From the NCBI RefSeq assembly GCF_011745625.1, contig NW_027191476.1, positions 186,001 to 250,000 on the forward strand: 64,000 bases of DNA, given 5' to 3'. The translations under genes were made by a program, and so were the position numbers. Source of the DNA: Cladosporium halotolerans. Taxonomy: Eukaryota. Positions 56,700 to 64,000 of this stretch are shown one piece after another (position 1 is the stretch's first letter; each line of letters begins with the position of its first letter). The notes below the pieces were generated by a model. It ran no database searches and was not told the DNA's origin. It worked only from the letters and a program-made list of their open reading frames with translations.

Positions 56700-58424
56700 G
56701 AAACGCAAGGCCAGCAATAACACGTGAGGCACATTCATGAGCGCGAACGGCGCCCACATGGCAAAGCTCCAACAACGTTGGACTGCGCCTTTACCGCTTT
56801 CTCGAAGCCCTGCATAAGCGCGAAGCGCCTTTGATTGTCAGCATGAAGATTGGGGCGTGGCTTTTGCTCTCAATCGGCGATTAGAGCTGGACGGCCGCGG
56901 CCTCTGTGATGGTGCATTCCTATTGCAGGTGCCGCACGTGCTTGACGAGTGAGATATTGACAGGCTGAAGGTCTGTGCAGGCGGACTGCACAGCTATCAC
57001 GCAACATGGGGGAGTGCAGTGGTGTGGTGTGAGCAGGCAACAGATACAAGCTACAAAGGCAATCCGACACGACCGGCCAAGGGGCTGTCATGCCGTGATG
57101 GAGAGAGTACACGGTACCTGTATTTATTAGACGATCCCGGAGAAGGCTAGCGCTTCAAAGTGACATGTCGTTATAAAGTTTCAATTACGAGAGCTGGGAG
57201 CCTCATCAAATAAGCACCACGCCTTCCATATGCTGAGTTCGGTCGTCCCAGTGGCAACCGTGTCTTCATCCTGTCTCGTGCGCAAGGTGGGATGTCCCGG
57301 TTGCGAAATGCGCTCGTGCGTGGTCGACTGCGGGCGGTGCAGGTGGCTCGTACTGCCGCGGATCAGGCTTGCCGATAGTGAGGCACACGGAGCTGCAAGA
57401 GGCATGCTGCCAATACTCGATGCCGGGGCGCCCTTCCGCGTGAAGCGAACGAGCGCACATATCCTCTCCTGCGTCGCAATAATATACGGCTGTGCGCGAC
57501 GGACGCCATGGCGGCGCATGAGGAGACATAGACGGTCACGGGCAGGCCGCCGTAATTGATTACGACAGTCACGATAGAGACGGTGCGCCTCCCGTCAAAC
57601 TTTTCTGCCTCCCACAGTGAAGGTCTCACACGAGCAGGCGAACCAGCTCGCTTAGTTGCATCCGCATGTCCAACATCCCGTCCCCACCTGCTCCTCCCCC
57701 AAGGTACCCCTCACGCTACCCCGTCCTGAGTGGACGAGCGGGCCAAGCCGAGCAAAGGCACGCCTCTGCAGGACTGTAGATCAGTGTCTCGTCACTGGCC
57801 AGCCATCTCCTCGGGATAGAGGTGCTGAGAGGGAGGGGCTGCAATTCGAGCGCAAGTGATCACCGAGCGCTTCTCCCAGCAGCGACAGCGCTACTAGCCG
57901 AGAGCGTCGCGCAACGGAGATGGTGCCGCGAGAGTTGCAGGCAGCGCGCGATGGGCTCCGTCTCGACTCCCACGCTCCCACCACCACGAGCAGATGTAAG
58001 CGTCAGCGCGAGCCGCCTCGCCTGTCACCTGCTGTGGCCCAGCGCGGCCAGGGACGGGCAGGGTCCCGGTACGGAAGCAAGCGAAAGCAAGAAAAGGCGC
58101 GATAGGCGCCGCTGCTGAGCCCCAGACCCCCAGCGCTGCAGGCGTTCTGGCGCGCGGGCGAAGTCAGCGATGTCATCGAGATGCTCGCTCGGTTCGCACG
58201 TCGCGCTGCATCGAGGGAGCGTCCGAGCGCAGGCGACAAGGCGGTTGTGTCGCGAGAGGGCGGCGATCGGCGCTGCGGCCACTCGTTCGCTGCTGGACGC
58301 GGGCGCGGAGCCAGTCAGGCGAGGGAAGGGCAGGCAAGGGCTTAAGACATGCAGGGAGCTTGGCGCTGCCTTCGACCGTCCCAACGCTCGCCGGGCGGCG
58401 GCCAGCGTCGAGTCGGGCGTGCGC

Positions 58425-58457
<33 letters not shown>
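58425..58457 (+). repeat. (GCA)11 microsatellite upstream of the kinase
   Basis: Perfect 33-nt trinucleotide run. Confidence 0.95.
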
Positions 58458-58460
<3 letters not shown>

Positions 58461-59108
58461 AGACCCCTACACACACACTGCTGCTCACGGTCGCCACCCA
58501 CACACCCGGCGACTTCTCACGTGCAAGCGACGGGCGCGGCGGGCAGCATCGCCGGCGCGCGCGTGTGTCTGTGAAGTCTCTACTGCGCTGGGCCGGCGCT
58601 GGCTCTGATATCGGTTGACTCGCGGCCCCAGCGCGCGGCGACTGCGCGCCTAGCTCGCTCTCAATCCTCCACTGCTGCCCCACACTTGAGTCCTCGACGC
58701 TGCCTTTAGCTCGCCCATCACCTCGACGTCAGTCGCCCGCCCTCGTCCTCGACGCCGCCGCCTACCCTCCTTCTGTCCCTGCGACTGCCCTGCGTGCCCG
58801 CCTGCCTTCATCCTCGCCCCATCGCCGCGCTAGGCCTCACGTGCAGACGCACCCCGTCTGCCCCACGCCACGCCAGAGTCTACTTCTCGCTCTCCAGGCC
58901 CGGCGCCGAGCGACCCGCCCCGTTCTGCCCTCCTACCATGATACGGCCGCCCTAAACGACTCCGACCACACAACCATCACTCAATGTCCAACCGAACCCA
59001 GTGCGGCTAACACCCACTCGAGGCCATCCCCCGTCGTTCTCGCGGCCTGAAGGACGCCGTCTCGCTGGTCTGGAACGGACATTCGACGAACCCCACGTGC
59101 AGGAAGCG

Positions 59109-62100
59109 ATGTCAACAGATCCTGCGGCCGGCGAGCAGGACAGGCAAAATGGAGGCCTGGCGCCGGACAACACCACAAAACAAGACAAAGACAGCACACC
59201 GCGCTCCGAGGTGCCGCTCTCTGTCCGAGTGACTCCCTCGGGGTCGCGTGAGTCGACTCCGATAACCGACTACTTTGCACACAACCCGGCGGATGCGGAG
59301 CCACGCCATCGGCAGGGGCCTGGATCTGCCTCTGGATCCGTCTCCTCTCCTCGCCTATCGGCTTTCTCAAACCATGCGCGGTCTCCTGGCAAGCCTCCGG
59401 TGCCCACGGTTGCGGTGGCATCGCCAGCATCCGAAAGGCCCGCACCACAGCGAGACCCGTCTAGTTTGACGTCGAAAAGCATGGAAAGTACGGACAGCAC
59501 GGCCACACTCAAGCCTGCTCCTGCTTCTGTAGTAGCGGCACGACCACGTCCAGCCTATCCCAACCAATCCTTTGCGGCTTTGCAAGGCTTTCAATATCCA
59601 CACCGAGGGCACCCACCCACGCTGCGACAACGGAGCTCGCACCCTTCTCAGATCCTCACCTTCTCGTCCGCAATCGCATCTTTACACCAGTCCGGCTCGC
59701 GCACCGTGGGTAATTCCCCGGCCGCAACACCTGGCCATGGTTTGTTCACCCCGGCTGTCGATCCACCTTCTCACGAGGATTGGGAATCACCCGCCACCCC
59801 TGGAACCTACGCCAGTCCTTTCTTGCATTTCACCCATCGACAAGCGCCCAAAGAGACCCACGTAGCCGACGTCGACGTCGATCCCGTATCTGGACGCAAG
59901 CTCATCAATCACTATGAGATCGTCGATGAACTTGGACGCGGCACCCACGGAAAAGTCAAACTCGGAAGAGACTTGCAGACCCAGGACTCCCATGTTGCGA
60001 TCAAGATCGTGGAGAGATACTCCAAGAGAAGAAGACTCGGTAAGCTTGGAAATGCCGAGGACAAGGTGAAAAAGGAAGTCGCCATTCTCAAGAAAGCAAG
60101 GCATCCCAATGTCGTTGCTCTTCTGGAGGTCATTGACGACCCCTCGCGCAAAAAGGTCTACATCGTTCTGGAATGGGTAGAAAGAGGCGAGATCGCGTGG
60201 CGCGTCAAGGCACCGAAAGAGGTTGCTATTGTCGAGGCAAGACGCTACGAAAGGGAAAAGAGAGAGATTCCGAACCCACAATTCGATGCAGAAGATGATG
60301 CTGTGCTCGCCGAAGCCCAGAAGCGTCTTCGGCGGCAAAAGCGTGCATTGATTCGGACTGCTCGTAGAATGAGGCAGGAGGCGTCACAGAACGTGCATGC
60401 ATGGAGTCACGAAATGGGTGACGATGGAAGCGACGACTCCGACGACGATCGTCTGTCAAGGGTCTCGACTGCAACTGCAGACTCTTTGCCATCGGAGGTC
60501 AACATTGCAAAACTCATGGCTGCTGCCGGCCGACGCATCTCTCGAACCGCGTCACCTCTACCTGTCACTTCACCCATGCCGACTATCCCCCAAGCACAGG
60601 AGACCGGCTCTTTCTTGACGCTCACGGAAGAGCGGCCATACGAGGAGCCCGCCATGATGCTCTCGAGCTCACCGCAGGAGGTGCACGACACATTTTCACA
60701 CAAAAGTCTTGACGGAACCATGTACGGCGCATATGATTTCAGCTCTGGGGAGACTTCAAGAGTTCCTAGCGTTGCCAACAGCGTGCATGGTTCCGCGAAC
60801 CCGAGTCGATCCAACACCGGTGACCTGGCACAAGTCGCGAACGAAGTGCTCGAAAGCGACTTGAACCCGGAACTGGAGTACGTCCCTTGCATGACGATGC
60901 AGAACGTCCGTGTGGCCTTCCGGGATACCTTGCTTGGCTTGCAGTATTTGCATTATCAGGGCATCGTGCACAGAGACATCAAGCCCCCAAACCTTCTCCA
61001 GACCATCGATCACCGGGTTAAGATCTCAGACTTCGGCGTGTCATATCTAGGAAGACCCTTGCATGACGAGGAAGCACCGGAAGAATTGAGCGAGAACGAG
61101 GCTCGCGATCTCGACGATGAAGCGAAGGAGCTTGCGAAGACGGTCGGCACGCCAGCGTTCTTCGCGCCGGAGCTGTGCATCACAGAGTTCATGGACGACC
61201 CACCTCCAGTGACGAAGGCGATTGACGTCTGGGCTCTTGGCATCACTCTCTTTTGCATGCTCTACGCGCGGACTCCGTTTGTCGACAACGAGTTTGTGGT
61301 CATGCGGCAGATCGCCGATGAGGATATCTACATTCCCAGGAAGAGACTACTGCCCATCAACACGAAGCCGCAGTCACGACCAAGCTCACACAGCCGTGTC
61401 TTTCCGCCCGCTGGACTCGGGAAACGACACGAGCTCGACCTCATCTACGAAGAGATTGATGACGACTTGCACGACTTGCTCAAGCGTCTGTTGACCAAAG
61501 ATCCGCGTAAGCGCATCACGCTGGAGGAAGTCAGACATCATCCCTGGGTACTGGCAGACCTGCCCAACAAGTATAGTTGGCTGGAAGAGACCGACCCTAA
61601 CCGCCAGTCACAAGGCAAGAAGATCGAGGTCTCGAACGAAGATGTCAACACTGCCGTCGTGCCCCTTCAGTGGGTGGAGCGTGTGCGCTCGGGCATCAAG
61701 CGAGTGGGTGAGCGACTCGGGTTTGGCAATGTCCTGCAGGGAAGGTCTAGGAGTGGCTCCAATGCAGGCGTAACAGGTTCTCAATCAGGCCCTCCATCGG
61801 CGAGCTCGTCTAGCAGTACGATCAGTCAAGATGCGAGGCGCTCAAGTCTCCGTGGCGACGAGAGCATCTTTTCGGCGCTGAAAGCCTCTAGAGAAGGCGA
61901 TCATCCACTGTCAAGAAGTGTCACCGCCAGCCCGGAGACTGAGAAGCACGGCAACGGGTTCTTTGACCCTGACCCACCAAGACCTGAGTCGGTGGCATCA
62001 GTACTCTCTAGCAAGCATTCGATGTCGTCGCCAGCGAGGCCAAGCCCGCCAGAGCGATCACGGACAATCACATCGACTTCTGGCTCTGTGCGCACTGTGA

Positions 62101-63437
62101 AGCAGGCAGACATCAAGAGGACCAAGTCCCGCGAGTCGTTGCCTCCTTCGCCTGGCCTCCCCGGTACGCCCATGGCTCTCGAGTCTCCTGGTGGGTCAAA
62201 CCTCGGCGGCCTGCTCGGTGGCGCCGGTCGACGCATTCTTAAGACAGTACGCGAAAGGTCTGCGGCGCGCTCTCAACAATCTGACCATCGCGGCCGTTCT
62301 GCCATCCGCGAGGGCTCAACCGAGTCATTAGATCCACACGCCGGGCCAAGCCTTGCAGTGAGCCAGACATCCGCCGCGGGGCATGTCGACTTGCCGGAAG
62401 CCCTGAGGGACATCAAACCTACCGCGAGCGCGAACAACAGTCCGCGAGCAAGCCCCGCTGCATCTCGAGCGCAATCTGTCGTGTCGGGGTCGTCAACGCG
62501 TCTGAGGCCAAGCGCGGGCACCCTCTCGCGCAAGTCCTCCAATAGCTCGATCAAGTCACTCAGGTCGAATACCAGATCATCAGTCGCGTCGCAACACGGG
62601 AACGACGAGACGCCTGTCAAGCAGGCACCTCGAGTCATTCCCACTGAGTCTGAAGACTGGCAGCGCGCAGATGACGAGCGCATCCGCAGACTACAGAGGG
62701 AAGGCGAAGAGGCCGAGGCTGAGAGACAAAGCCACACTTCCCGCCCGGAGAGCTCGTTGCGCGACCGCAGATGCCCGTCCAGTCCAGACGACCACAACCG
62801 AGCCCGCGCCGAATGGCAGCGTTCCGTCGCCGCCGACGGATCCCACGTAGCCTCGCACGAGACCAGCCCAACCGGCCACGCCGGCCAGCTCCCGCCCTCC
62901 CTCGTCTCCAGCTCCTCCGACTTCGGCTCCGCCGTCTCAATGTCCGTCTCCAACCCCTCCATCCCCTCCGTCATCTCCGAGGCCTCCTCCATCGACCCCG
63001 TCGAAGGCCAACCGATCGAAGAGCTCGACGCAAAGCACTCCGACTCGACGCTCAACGGCGCCGACGCCACGGTCAAGCCCTCCTTCCGCGCCGAGCTCAT
63101 CGAAGACGAAGAAGGCTACTCCCCGGACCAGGAAGAGACGATCCTCGACAGCGAGGTCGAAGACGGCTCCGACTACGAGAGCAGCTCCGACAGCGACGGC
63201 GGCCTCGTCATGCGCCGCCGCCGCTCCGGCGGCGGCAAGAACTTGCCCTCGACGTCCCCGCGCCACAGCAGCCTCGCCGCGGCGCTCGAGGCCGTGCACT
63301 CGAAGCAGAGGCGGGGCACGGGCCTGTCGCGGGGCTCGAAGCGCAGTTCGCGCAGCGGGAGCAACAATACTATGAAGAAGGTGCGGACGCGCGATAGCGA
63401 AGACGAGAGGGCGCGGGAGGATATCCAGGAGGAGTGA
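59109..63437 (+). CDS. CaMKK-family Ser/Thr kinase (Sak1/Ssp1-like Snf1-activating kinase)
   Basis: PKETH..DPVSGRKLINHYEIVDELGRGTHGKVKLG, VAIK, HPNVV.L.EVIDDP..KKVYIVLE, HRDIKPPN, DFG, KTVGTPAFFAPE, DVWALGITL. Long disordered tails. Confidence 0.93.
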   Translation: MSTDPAAGEQDRQNGGLAPDNTTKQDKDSTPRSEVPLSVRVTPSGSRESTPITDYFAHNPADAEPRHRQGPGSASGSVSSPRLSAFSNHARSPGKPPVPTVAVASPASERPAPQRDPSSLTSKSMESTDSTATLKPAPASVVAARPRPAYPNQSFAALQGFQYPHRGHPPTLRQRSSHPSQILTFSSAIASLHQSGSRTVGNSPAATPGHGLFTPAVDPPSHEDWESPATPGTYASPFLHFTHRQAPKETHVADVDVDPVSGRKLINHYEIVDELGRGTHGKVKLGRDLQTQDSHVAIKIVERYSKRRRLGKLGNAEDKVKKEVAILKKARHPNVVALLEVIDDPSRKKVYIVLEWVERGEIAWRVKAPKEVAIVEARRYEREKREIPNPQFDAEDDAVLAEAQKRLRRQKRALIRTARRMRQEASQNVHAWSHEMGDDGSDDSDDDRLSRVSTATADSLPSEVNIAKLMAAAGRRISRTASPLPVTSPMPTIPQAQETGSFLTLTEERPYEEPAMMLSSSPQEVHDTFSHKSLDGTMYGAYDFSSGETSRVPSVANSVHGSANPSRSNTGDLAQVANEVLESDLNPELEYVPCMTMQNVRVAFRDTLLGLQYLHYQGIVHRDIKPPNLLQTIDHRVKISDFGVSYLGRPLHDEEAPEELSENEARDLDDEAKELAKTVGTPAFFAPELCITEFMDDPPPVTKAIDVWALGITLFCMLYARTPFVDNEFVVMRQIADEDIYIPRKRLLPINTKPQSRPSSHSRVFPPAGLGKRHELDLIYEEIDDDLHDLLKRLLTKDPRKRITLEEVRHHPWVLADLPNKYSWLEETDPNRQSQGKKIEVSNEDVNTAVVPLQWVERVRSGIKRVGERLGFGNVLQGRSRSGSNAGVTGSQSGPPSASSSSSTISQDARRSSLRGDESIFSALKASREGDHPLSRSVTASPETEKHGNGFFDPDPPRPESVASVLSSKHSMSSPARPSPPERSRTITSTSGSVRTVKQADIKRTKSRESLPPSPGLPGTPMALESPGGSNLGGLLGGAGRRILKTVRERSAARSQQSDHRGRSAIREGSTESLDPHAGPSLAVSQTSAAGHVDLPEALRDIKPTASANNSPRASPAASRAQSVVSGSSTRLRPSAGTLSRKSSNSSIKSLRSNTRSSVASQHGNDETPVKQAPRVIPTESEDWQRADDERIRRLQREGEEAEAERQSHTSRPESSLRDRRCPSSPDDHNRARAEWQRSVAADGSHVASHETSPTGHAGQLPPSLVSSSSDFGSAVSMSVSNPSIPSVISEASSIDPVEGQPIEELDAKHSDSTLNGADATVKPSFRAELIEDEEGYSPDQEETILDSEVEDGSDYESSSDSDGGLVMRRRRSGGGKNLPSTSPRHSSLAAALEAVHSKQRRGTGLSRGSKRSSRSGSNNTMKKVRTRDSEDERAREDIQEE

Positions 63438-64000
63438 GGGTTGTTGTTTTTGCTTTTTTCTTTTTCTTCGTGTGAATTGTTGAAGTCCGAGGAGGGACGT
63501 TTTTGCTTACTTGCATGAGAAGAAGGGGAAGAAGAAGAGAGCACACAAAAGGAACAGGTTAGATTGGTGGGGTGAGGTGGGTTGGGGATCTTCTGTCTTG
63601 TTTACCGCATATCGGGCTCGCCGCTCAGGGGTGGATGGGACTTGTATCAGTTTGCGAACGAACGAACGATGGACCGAACAGGGAAAGAAAAGATGGCTGG
63701 GGAGGGGGAGCATTTTGTCCACTTCACTCTACTTCTCTTCTCTTGTCTTCTTTTGTTAGACGCACGGGAGGAACTTAGCTAGCTTCTCTGCCTTACTTTA
63801 CTTTTCCTTCTTTCTTGATCTTTTCACGAGGAGTGTATAGATGAGAACGAGCCGAGGCGAGAATTTACAGCAAGCTAGCAAGCAAAGCGCTCTCGCGAGG
63901 CGGGTTTGTTTGGTCGTTTGTTTGTTTGTTTTATCTAGTGAGCATGGCGCGTGCGTTTCTGATCTTGATCATTTGCTTCTCTTCTGATTTGTGTTTTTAT

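Overview
Gene-dense eukaryotic DNA from a filamentous ascomycete. Short GT..CTRAY..AG introns and a dispersed 5S rRNA gene show this directly; the F-box-like orphan families point to a Dothideomycete (inference). About 25 protein genes are supported. They include DRE2, CCP1, a GH3 beta-glucosidase, an HhH-GPD glycosylase, a Kelch-type membrane protein, an STF2-like gene, a secreted polyamine oxidase, MLH3, a DUF1761-type membrane protein, an SMP-30 lactonase, an FAD oxidoreductase, GUT2, an FMN alpha-hydroxy-acid dehydrogenase, a PPR protein, CWF18 and a SAK1/Ssp1-like kinase. No intact transposon or CRISPR array is visible. The most unusual region is 6.4-11.1 kb. It holds three co-oriented, highly diverged orphan genes sharing one architecture: a C-x-H...C-x2-C module, an Ala-rich helix, an RVxF (PP1-docking-like) motif and acidic segments. 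A degenerate 135-bp tandem array lies between two of them. Other notable points are a long hairpin filling an intron (introner-like), an MLH3 lacking the catalytic ATPase Glu, an ATG split by an intron, and uORFs upstream of the kinase. Family names come from motif recognition by eye; no database search was run.
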